Origin: a virus
Reading direction: 5' to 3' (one strand)
DNA length: 28,534 bases
Virus record (IMG/VR): IMGVR_UViG_3300016484_000154
Span: 1-28,534 of that record
Below, piece by piece: positions 7,975 to 14,533 of this stretch. The notes beneath the pieces were generated by a model. It did no database searches. It was not told where the DNA came from and saw only the letters and a program-made list of their open reading frames with translations. Made by a program: the position numbers and the translations under genes. How positions within the stretch are numbered: position 1 is the stretch's first letter; each line of letters starts with the position of its first letter.

Positions 7975-8602
7975 AATTATCCAAGTTCCGTTGGATAAAT
8001 CGCAATACTTCCAAGAGGAAGCGACAAAGAAACAAATCTATTTGCACCATACCGCGGGCGGTGGTAATGCAAGGGCGGTTAGTCATTTTTGGAATTCTAA
8101 CGAAACACGGATAGCAACGGCTTTTATTATAGCTAATAACGGAGAAATAGTACAATGCTTTTCGAGTAAGCATTGGGCGTGGCATTTAGGAATAGATGCG
8201 GAGGATTTCGCAAAGAACGGAGCGCCTTACCAAAACCTTAATAAAAGTTCGGTAGGCATTGAAATTTGTAATTTCGGAATGCTTAAATTCCGCAACGGGA
8301 AATACTACAACTACGTTAACGGAGTAGTTGACCCCAAAAACGTTACTACCTTAGAACAACCATACAAGGGGTATTTACATTGGGAAAAATACACGGATGC
8401 GCAAATAGAAAGCACCCGACAATTATTAGTTTACCTTTGCGACACGTATAAAATTCCAAAGGCTTACCGAAGCGAAATTTTCCAAATAGACAAAGAAGCA
8501 TTTAAAGGAACTGCGGGCATATTTACGCATAATTCAGTACGTAAGGATAAATCCGATATTTACCCTTGCCCGAGAATGATTCAAATGCTCAAAAATTTAT
8601 GA
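7946..8602 (+). CDS. Endolysin, N-acetylmuramoyl-L-alanine amidase (Amidase_2 / PGRP fold)
   Basis: Motifs IYLHHTAGG, WAWHLG, SVGIEICN, YTDAQIESTRQLL and THNSV...DIYPC fit zinc amidase endolysins. Confidence 0.8.
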   Translation: MIPTKLDTSKIIQVPLDKSQYFQEEATKKQIYLHHTAGGGNARAVSHFWNSNETRIATAFIIANNGEIVQCFSSKHWAWHLGIDAEDFAKNGAPYQNLNKSSVGIEICNFGMLKFRNGKYYNYVNGVVDPKNVTTLEQPYKGYLHWEKYTDAQIESTRQLLVYLCDTYKIPKAYRSEIFQIDKEAFKGTAGIFTHNSVRKDKSDIYPCPRMIQMLKNL

Positions 8603-9060
8603 TTAGAATAATAGCGATTTTAAGCGTTTTAACGCTCTTTTCTTGTTCAAGTGAACGCTTAGCACAATACCACGTCCGAAAAGCGCTTAAACACGGCGCA
8701 AAATTAACACAAGACACCGACACGATACGCATAACTACGTTGGATTCATTCCCCGTAATAAAACACGATTCTATATTTTGGGAAAAATTCATAACAACTA
8801 AGGATACTATTGTACAATTCAAGAACGTTTTTGTGCCAAAAACACGTTGGCAAACCCGAATCGAATACAAAGAACGAATCAAGACGCTTCGAATTCAAGG
8901 TAAAACACAATGGAAGACCGCTAAGGCGCAACAAGTGGTTAAATATAAGTTCCGTTGGTGGTGGTTAATTGTGGCGTTTTGTGTTGGCTTTTCGGTTCGT
9001 TACATTTTATCGCCTACTTTTATAGGTAGGATTAAACTATTTATGAAATTATGGAGGTAA
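8599..9060 (+). CDS. Unimolecular-spanin-like lipoprotein (N-terminal lipobox plus C-terminal TMD)
   Basis: The ATG at 8599 overlaps the endolysin TGA (ATGA). The N-terminus MIRIIAILSVLTLFSC looks like a signal peptide with a lipobox Cys. The C-terminus has a hydrophobic segment, WWWLIVAFCVGFSVRYIL. The ORF-track start at 8566 is less likely. Confidence 0.45.
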   Translation: MIRIIAILSVLTLFSCSSERLAQYHVRKALKHGAKLTQDTDTIRITTLDSFPVIKHDSIFWEKFITTKDTIVQFKNVFVPKTRWQTRIEYKERIKTLRIQGKTQWKTAKAQQVVKYKFRWWWLIVAFCVGFSVRYILSPTFIGRIKLFMKLWR

Positions 9061-9917
9061 TAAAACACGGACGAAATATCCACGAATTAAGGATAGACGG
9101 TAAAACGGCGCACGTTGCAATGCTATCGGATATTCATTGGGATAACCCTAAATGTGAACGCGATTTATTAAAGAGACATTTAGAATTTTGCAAATCAAAT
9201 AATATACCCGTAATAATTAACGGGGATTTCTTTTGTTTAATGCAAGGTAGGGGCGATAATCGACGCAATAAATCGGACATTAGAACCGAACATAATAACG
9301 CAAGGTACTTAGATTCGATTGTAGAAACTGCGGTTGAATGGTTTTCCCCTTACGCGGAAATCATTAAAGTTATCGGTTACGGCAACCACGAAACGGGAGT
9401 AATTAAATACCAAGAAACGGACTTACTGCAAAGATTCGTTGACCTATTAAACTACAAAAATGGTACTCAAGTTTATACGGGCGGGTACGGAGGTTGGATA
9501 ATTGTTAGACAAATGTTCCATTCAACGGTTTCATTAAGTACCAAAATTAAGTATTTCCACGGGAGCGGTGGCGGTGGGGTGGTTACTAAAGGAGCGTTAA
9601 ACCTTACCCGCGCTTTGGAAATGTACGAAGATTTCGACGTATTTTCAATGGGACACATTCACGAAAATAGCGCACGTAACGACGTAAGAGAATGCCTTAA
9701 CCATAACGCTAAATTGGGTTATTCTGTTAAACAAAAGTACATCCATTCGATGTTAACGGGTACTTATAAAGAGGAATACGGGGATGGTTCGCACGGATGG
9801 CACGTCGAACGTGGCGCGCCCGTTAAGCCTTTAGGAGGTCGAATCTTAAAAATTGAATGCAAAGACGTTGAAAATTCGTTGATAAAGAATATAGATAGTT
9901 TCAAATTTCCGTTGTAA
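9051..9917 (+). CDS. Calcineurin-like metallophosphoesterase
   Basis: Ordered motifs LSDIHWD, NGDFF, GYGNHE and MGHIHEN match the metallophosphoesterase signature (DxH, GD, GNHE, GHxH). Confidence 0.75.
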   Translation: MEVIKHGRNIHELRIDGKTAHVAMLSDIHWDNPKCERDLLKRHLEFCKSNNIPVIINGDFFCLMQGRGDNRRNKSDIRTEHNNARYLDSIVETAVEWFSPYAEIIKVIGYGNHETGVIKYQETDLLQRFVDLLNYKNGTQVYTGGYGGWIIVRQMFHSTVSLSTKIKYFHGSGGGGVVTKGALNLTRALEMYEDFDVFSMGHIHENSARNDVRECLNHNAKLGYSVKQKYIHSMLTGTYKEEYGDGSHGWHVERGAPVKPLGGRILKIECKDVENSLIKNIDSFKFPL

Positions 9918-9936
9918 TTTAGCGCCATAGCGTTAA

Positions 9937-9961
9937 GGGGGGTAGAAATACCCCTTTTTTT
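9937..9961 (+). terminator. Rho-independent terminator closing the late/lysis transcription unit
   Basis: GGGGGG-TAGAAATA-CCCC followed by a 7-T tract. It is followed by the longest intergenic region of the genome. Confidence 0.8.
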
Positions 9962-10004
9962 ATGTCTTAAAAACGCTTGAAAATCAACGAGTTACAAATT
10001 ATTT

Positions 10005-10034
10005 TGTTAAAAATCGAAAAAAAATGTTAAAAAT
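10005..10034 (+). promoter_or_regulatory. Two direct TGTTAAAAAT repeats (candidate operator or UP-like element)
   Basis: Identical 10-mers at 10005-10014 and 10025-10034, 20 bp apart, abutting the -33 element of the early promoter. Related copies occur upstream of the 13951 promoter. Confidence 0.45.
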
Positions 10035-10035
10035 G

Positions 10036-10067
10036 TTTGGTAGATTGAAACTTTGTATTTATATTTG
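10036..10067 (+). promoter_or_regulatory. Bacteroidota-type housekeeping promoter (early)
   Basis: TTTG (10036-10039), then 20 nt, then TATATTTG (10060-10067). This fits the -33 TTTG / -7 TAnnTTTG consensus. It lies just after the major terminator and before the first early gene. Confidence 0.6.
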
Positions 10068-10103
10068 CGTATGATTATTCACGAAACAATTAAAAAAAAC
10101 GCT

Positions 10104-10262
10104 ATGAAAACAATTATTAAAGCCTACGAAAAAGAACTACGCGAAACGATGCAAGAAAATATCGATGCATTCGGACATTTAGACACCGACACCCAACGAG
10201 CAATCGAGCGTTGGTTAGTTATCGAAGAATTATTAACCCGCTTAAATTTGAACAATGATTAA
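10104..10262 (+). CDS. Hypothetical early protein (52 aa from the ATG at 10104)
   Basis: The ORF-track start at 10053 lies inside the promoter. The ATG at 10104 follows the leader AAAAACGCTATGAAA, which is shared with the erf-like gene. Confidence 0.5.
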   Translation: MKTIIKAYEKELRETMQENIDAFGHLDTDTQRAIERWLVIEELLTRLNLNND

Positions 10263-10338
10263 AGATTTTTTACTTTCGACTTTATTGCTTGTTGCGATGC
10301 CATTTTTATTATATTACCTTTTAATCTTTTTATTATGA
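10255..10338 (+). CDS. 27-aa hydrophobic micro-protein (single TMD)
   Basis: Hand translation: MIKDFLLSTLLLVAMPFLLYYLLIFLL. The start overlaps the upstream stop (ATGATTAA) and the stop overlaps the downstream start (ATGA at 10335-10338). It exactly fills the 72-nt apparent gap. Confidence 0.45.
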   Translation: MIKDFLLSTLLLVAMPFLLYYLLIFLL

Positions 10339-10661
10339 GTTGGCAAATAGAACTTGAAAACGATTGTTGTAATTTTTACTTTGAGCGCAACGGAACGGAT
10401 ATTTGGGGATCGTGTTTATTTACGCTGGCTCCGGACTTTGATGGTGGGTTTGAAGTTGAAACCGAAAATATAACCGCTTGGTTTGATTCTGAGGAATGCG
10501 AATTACCTTGTAAACTTACGTTCGACGAAGAGTTAAATTTAGCTGATGCAATCGCAAACGAAGCAAATAATTTAATGCTTTGGGAAAAGATGGAACAAGA
10601 AAGATTGGATGATTTAGAAAACGAAAAAATAGACGAATGGAAAAGCAACAGATGGAATTAG
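10335..10661 (+). CDS. Strongly acidic early protein
   Basis: 108 aa, rich in D/E with several Cys (ENDCCNFYF, ECELPC). No recognised family. Confidence 0.55.
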   Translation: MSWQIELENDCCNFYFERNGTDIWGSCLFTLAPDFDGGFEVETENITAWFDSEECELPCKLTFDEELNLADAIANEANNLMLWEKMEQERLDDLENEKIDEWKSNRWN

Positions 10662-10861
10662 GCGCGCAGGTTTATTGGTGGTGCCACGGAGGTGGCGCAT
10701 TTGTAAAAGGCGGGCATTTTAATTGGAAACATTATTGTAAAGTAATCGAGGCAAAAAATGAAATCATACGAAATACTATTTTGGAGTCGGAAGTTCGCAA
10801 TGAGCAAACCAACGAAAACACGGATAACGATAACGGCTTACGACAAAATCGACGCGGTTAG
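10637..10861 (+). CDS. Hypothetical protein (uncertain extent)
   Basis: 74-aa ORF. The N-terminal part (YWWCHGGGAFVKGGHFNWKHYC) looks protein-like. The C-terminal third is low complexity and overlaps an alternative ORF at 10758-10910. Confidence 0.3.
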   Translation: MEKQQMELGAQVYWWCHGGGAFVKGGHFNWKHYCKVIEAKNEIIRNTILESEVRNEQTNENTDNDNGLRQNRRG

Positions 10862-10910
10862 GCGCTTGGATATTTGGGAAAAATTAATAATTAAAATTCG
10901 TGAGTTATGA
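10758..10910 (+). CDS. Hypothetical 50-aa protein (alternative to the 3' part of 10637-10861)
   Basis: Hand translation: MKSYEILFWSRKFAMSKPTKTRITITAYDKIDAVRRLDIWEKLIIKIREL. The TGA overlaps the ATG of gene 10907 (ATGA). Confidence 0.35.
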   Translation: MKSYEILFWSRKFAMSKPTKTRITITAYDKIDAVRRLDIWEKLIIKIREL

Positions 10911-11089
10911 CCGCAAAAGACAAAGCAATTTATTTAATCGTCAAGTTTAACAAGGTTTCAATTTGCGTAAATTTTACGAACGAAATGCTAAACAATTTAG
11001 AACATATTAAAAACCTAACCCCAAGTAAAACAATTTATGATTTAATTGAGTATTGGGAAAACGTTAAAAAAGAAATAGAAAATTTATGA
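10907..11089 (+). CDS. Hypothetical early protein
   Basis: 60-aa ORF, ATGA-coupled at both ends. Confidence 0.5.
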   Translation: MTAKDKAIYLIVKFNKVSICVNFTNEMLNNLEHIKNLTPSKTIYDLIEYWENVKKEIENL

Positions 11090-11463
11090 TTGAACAAGCC
11101 GAACATTTAATAATAAAATACAACCTTCGAAGACGTTGCAGAAATCAATACCTTGTACATCAACGCGCCTTTTTAATGAGTCGACTAAGCAAACACGGAT
11201 TAAGCGTTACAAGAATCGCGAGAATGTTTAAAATGAATCACGCTACTGTTTTGCACAACGTTAGAAACGCAAAATATTACGAAGAAATCGAAGACAAATA
11301 TTATTTAGCGGATGTTGCCGAAATACGGGAGGAATTAGAAAGCAACCCCGTTGTTAGAAATATGGAAGACCTAATTTCCGAAATTCTTGAATGCACCACG
11401 GTAAGAAGGTTAGAAAAAATTCAACGAAGAATTTTACGAAATGAGTACAAGTTAAAAGAATAA
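11086..11463 (+). CDS. DnaA domain IV-like helix-turn-helix DNA-binding protein
   Basis: RRCRNQYLVHQRAFLMSRLSKHGLSVTRIARMFKMNHATVLHNVRNAKYY aligns by eye with the DnaA C-terminal pattern (R..pRq.amyL...lt..Sl..IG..fg.rdHtTVlha..ki). There is no AAA+ domain. Confidence 0.5.
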   Translation: MIEQAEHLIIKYNLRRRCRNQYLVHQRAFLMSRLSKHGLSVTRIARMFKMNHATVLHNVRNAKYYEEIEDKYYLADVAEIREELESNPVVRNMEDLISEILECTTVRRLEKIQRRILRNEYKLKE

Positions 11464-11467
11464 TAGT

Positions 11468-11475
11468 TATATTTG
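11468..11475 (+). promoter_or_regulatory. -7 box TATATTTG (candidate promoter)
   Basis: Exact TAnnTTTG match in the intergenic spacer. No clear -33 TTTG at the canonical distance. Confidence 0.35.
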
Positions 11476-11485
11476 TACTTGCGCT

Positions 11486-11547
11486 CATCCTACATTATAA
11501 GCGCTTATGAACTTATTAAGGCTCTTAAATGAACGTGAGGTAGGATG
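11486..11547. repeat. Inverted repeat CATCCTAC / GTAGGATG enclosing a 12-bp palindrome ATAAGCGCTTAT
   Basis: 8-bp arms at 11486-11493 and 11540-11547, with a perfect palindrome at 11497-11508. An A/T-only tract follows at 11564-11589. All of it lies in the noncoding spacer upstream of the replication genes. Confidence 0.7.
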
Positions 11548-11589
11548 CACGGGATTTTAAGGGCTTTTTTTATTGATTAAATTTTTTTT

Positions 11590-12183
11590 ATGGAAAGGGA
11601 TTCTATGATTATTTACCGCAGTTTCTTCGAAGCGATTAAGGAACTACAAAAGACGAACCAAGCGGAGGTTTGGAATGCAGTTTATGAGTTAGGGTTAAAT
11701 GGAAAGTACGTTGAATTGAACGGAATTAGTAAAACTATTTTTACTTTAATTGCGCCACAAATCGAAGCTAATTACAAGAAATTTATAAACGGGAGCAAAC
11801 CCAAAACCAAACAAACTGAAAGCAAATCCGAAGCAAAAGATAAGCAAACCCGAAGCAAAACCGAAGGCAATGTAAATGATAATGTAAATGTAAATGTTAT
11901 ACCCTCTTGCGAGGAATTTATAGCTTATGCAGTTAGTAACGTTTCGGATATAAACACGGAGGAGGTAAGATTAAAGTACCAATCTTGGAAGGTAAATAAT
12001 TGGTGTACGAATGTTAAAGGCAAAGAGAAACCAATTAAAAATTGGAAATCAACGCTTTTAAATACTTTACCTTACCTTAGTCGAACGAAACCCGAAGAAT
12101 TATCTTTGGAACAATTACAATATAACCACGTACAAAAAATGTTAAATTACAAAGACACTAAAGATTATTCAAATGCTGACTAA
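11590..12183 (+). CDS. Replication-associated protein candidate (DUF6291-like N-domain)
   Basis: The N-terminus (IIYRSFFEAIKEL...IAPQIEANYKKFINGSKPK) and the NVNDNVNVNV linker resemble, from memory, a Bacteroidota phage family found at the head of replication modules. Directly upstream of the helicase. Confidence 0.35.
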   Translation: MERDSMIIYRSFFEAIKELQKTNQAEVWNAVYELGLNGKYVELNGISKTIFTLIAPQIEANYKKFINGSKPKTKQTESKSEAKDKQTRSKTEGNVNDNVNVNVIPSCEEFIAYAVSNVSDINTEEVRLKYQSWKVNNWCTNVKGKEKPIKNWKSTLLNTLPYLSRTKPEELSLEQLQYNHVQKMLNYKDTKDYSNAD

Positions 12184-13054
12184 ACAGGGCGATACGATAC
12201 AATATTTACTTGACTTAAAAGCGGGTAAGATAAAAGCAGGCTTAGGCATTGACTGCGTATTGGATAATTTTTTAAGATTTAAACGCAAGCAAGTAAACAT
12301 AATTTTGGGACATGATAACGTCGGAAAAACGTATTGGATTAATTGGTATTTCCTTTGCCTCGCGTTAAAACACGGACTTAAATTCTGCCTTTGGAGCGGG
12401 GAAAATCAAAAGGGACAAGTTCTAAGGGACTTAATACAATTGTACTCGGGTGAATCATTCAAGAACTTAACCAATAACCAAATACAAAGTTACCTTACAT
12501 ATTTAGAGCAATTTTTTATTTTCGTGGATAATTCTAAACTTTACAAGCCGTTGGAACTTTTGGAGGTGTTTAAGCAAAGCGAATGCGATGTAGCGTTAAT
12601 TGACCCTTTTACAGGGTTAGACCGCGAAATGACATACGAAGGCAATTACACCTTTATGAATAAGGCACGGGAATTCGTAAATAAAACGGGAATAACGCTA
12701 TACATAAATACGCATCCAAACACGGAAAGTGGACGCAGCGGAAATTTATACACGGAAGGCGAATGGAAGGGGCATCTTAAACCACCGTTAAAGGACCACA
12801 TCGAAGGCGGTAAGGCTTTTCTAAATCGATGCGACGATATGTTAGTAATTCATAGGCTAATAAAACACGAACAAATGAAATATAAAACAATGATTTCGAT
12901 TGAAAAAGTAAAGGACACGGAAACGGGAGGAAAAATAACGGGAATCGGAGAGCAACTTTTATGCGATTGGAATAGTGGACTTGGATTCGAACTTTACGGA
13001 GTTAACCCTTTACGAGATATGAGAAACCCAAAGAAATCTAATTTACCTTTTTAA
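12173..13054 (+). CDS. DnaB-like replicative helicase (RecA-fold ATPase domain)
   Basis: Walker A GHDNVGKT, Walker B-like VALIDPF, and the later INTHPNTESGRSG...LKDHIEGGKAFLNRCDDMLVIHR resemble the DnaB C-terminal domain layout. Confidence 0.6.
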   Translation: MLTKQGDTIQYLLDLKAGKIKAGLGIDCVLDNFLRFKRKQVNIILGHDNVGKTYWINWYFLCLALKHGLKFCLWSGENQKGQVLRDLIQLYSGESFKNLTNNQIQSYLTYLEQFFIFVDNSKLYKPLELLEVFKQSECDVALIDPFTGLDREMTYEGNYTFMNKAREFVNKTGITLYINTHPNTESGRSGNLYTEGEWKGHLKPPLKDHIEGGKAFLNRCDDMLVIHRLIKHEQMKYKTMISIEKVKDTETGGKITGIGEQLLCDWNSGLGFELYGVNPLRDMRNPKKSNLPF

Positions 13055-13055
13055 G

Positions 13056-13349
13056 ATGGACGATTTAACAATATTAAAAGCGAAGGTATTAACCACGTAC
13101 ACCGCAACCAAGGTACAAAGCAGTTTGGACGACATCAAAGCAAAAAACGGACACCGTACCGATTTAATCGAATCAATGCAAGCCACGTTGTTAGACCTTA
13201 ACGAAATACGGAGAATAATCGACGGCTTAGAAAAAGAATTAAGGTTTGCAAATTCTTCCGCGTTTAGGTTGGAGCGCTTATGCTTAGAATTGAAAGCAGA
13301 AAACAAAGAACTGAAAAACGAAATAAAAGCGTTAACCACGGAGTTATAA
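13056..13349 (+). CDS. Coiled-coil protein, function unknown
   Basis: 97 aa with a heptad-like C-terminus (LCLELKAENKELKNEIKALTTEL). Confidence 0.5.
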   Translation: MDDLTILKAKVLTTYTATKVQSSLDDIKAKNGHRTDLIESMQATLLDLNEIRRIIDGLEKELRFANSSAFRLERLCLELKAENKELKNEIKALTTEL

Positions 13350-13378
13350 AATAAACTGAAAACTTTAACCTTTGAGTT

Positions 13379-13897
13379 ATGAAATGTAAAAACTGCAAAG
13401 CCGTATTTACGCCCGTTAGATTTAATCAAAAATTTTGTTTAAAATCCGAATGCGTCCGTGTTTGGATAGAATCGGAAAAGGAAAAACAATGGAAGAAAAA
13501 AAAGAAGGTATTGAAAGACGAACTGCAAACCTTACCCGAACTTCTTAAATTAGCGCAAATAACGTTTAATAAGTACATTCGATTACGAGACAAAGATAAA
13601 CCTTGCGTAAGTTGTGAAAAGCCGTTAGGCGCAAAATTTGATGCGGGGCATTACTTCAGTATGGGAGGGCATAAGGCGGTAACATTTGACGAAGAAAATG
13701 TACACGGACAATGTGTAACGTGTAACCAACACAAACACGGAAACTTATTGCATTATCAAATAGGAATACAAAAAAGAATCGGAGCGGATAGATTAATAGA
13801 ATTACACGCCCGTGCATATGAAACAAAAAAATGGACCCGGGACGAACTAAACGAAATAATTAAAATTTATAAATCAAAAATAAAAAATAAATTTTAA
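13379..13897 (+). CDS. ninG: NinG/Rap-family recombination endonuclease
   Basis: N-terminal CxxC (MKCKNCK), FNKYIRLRD, CVSC, AGHYFS, HGQCVTCNQHKHGN: the pattern of lambda NinG-like proteins. Confidence 0.75.
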   Translation: MKCKNCKAVFTPVRFNQKFCLKSECVRVWIESEKEKQWKKKKKVLKDELQTLPELLKLAQITFNKYIRLRDKDKPCVSCEKPLGAKFDAGHYFSMGGHKAVTFDEENVHGQCVTCNQHKHGNLLHYQIGIQKRIGADRLIELHARAYETKKWTRDELNEIIKIYKSKIKNKF

Positions 13898-13958
13898 CAT
13901 TTTTTAACAAATTAATTATATCGTAGTATTGCAGATTAAAAAATAAGTATTACATTTG
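13892..13958 (+). promoter_or_regulatory. Promoter region: inverted TGTTAAAA copies plus -7 box TACATTTG
   Basis: TTTTAACA (13892-13899) and TTTTTAACA (13901-13909) are reverse complements of the TGTTAAAA(A) repeat. ATTG at 13928-13931 is a partial -33 element. TACATTTG at 13951-13958 is the -7 box. The downstream GTATAATTA...AAAAACGCTATGAAA parallels the 10060 promoter and leader. Confidence 0.5.
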
Positions 13959-13982
13959 TGTATAATTAAAAACAAAAACGCT

Positions 13983-14510
13983 ATGAAACATTTATTTAAA
14001 TCGTTGGCAGCATTCCAACAAGAAGTACCCGTAATTCACAAGGGTACGCAAGGATTCGGTTATTCTTACGCTGATTTACCCGCTATCTTTGAAAAGATTA
14101 ATCCGTTATTAGCTAAAAACGGATTAGGCTTTACGCAGTTGCTTAATTCTAAAGACGGGGAAAACTATTTAGTTACCGTTCTTTTCCACGTTGAAAGCGG
14201 GGAATCAATCGAAAGCACTACCTTAATTCCGCAAGTTGAACTTAAGGGTATGAATTCTTACCAATCCTTCGGATCCGGTTGTACTTATTTTCGTAGGTAT
14301 TGTTTGAGTTCAATTTGTGGTTTGGTTACGGACAAAGACACGGACGCAAGCGGCGAACAAGTTAAACACGAAACAAAAAAACCAACAATTGATAACAAGA
14401 GGTTAGGCAAAGCAATCGAAACCATTTCCGCGGGTAAATACACTAAAGAGGAATTGTTAGCTAATTTTAGCCTTACGGAAGCGCAGTTAAAAATGATTGA
14501 AACTATTTGA
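13983..14510 (+). CDS. erf: ERF-family single-strand annealing protein
   Basis: FQQEVPVIHKGTQGFGYSYADLPAIFEKINPLLAKNGL ... GSGCTYFRRYCLSSICGLVTDKDTD fits the ERF superfamily pattern. The start is moved to the ATG at 13983 because the track start (TTG at 13956) lies in the -7 box. Confidence 0.7.
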   Translation: MKHLFKSLAAFQQEVPVIHKGTQGFGYSYADLPAIFEKINPLLAKNGLGFTQLLNSKDGENYLVTVLFHVESGESIESTTLIPQVELKGMNSYQSFGSGCTYFRRYCLSSICGLVTDKDTDASGEQVKHETKKPTIDNKRLGKAIETISAGKYTKEELLANFSLTEAQLKMIETI

Positions 14511-14533
14511 AGGTCTAATTTAATTAATTTGTT

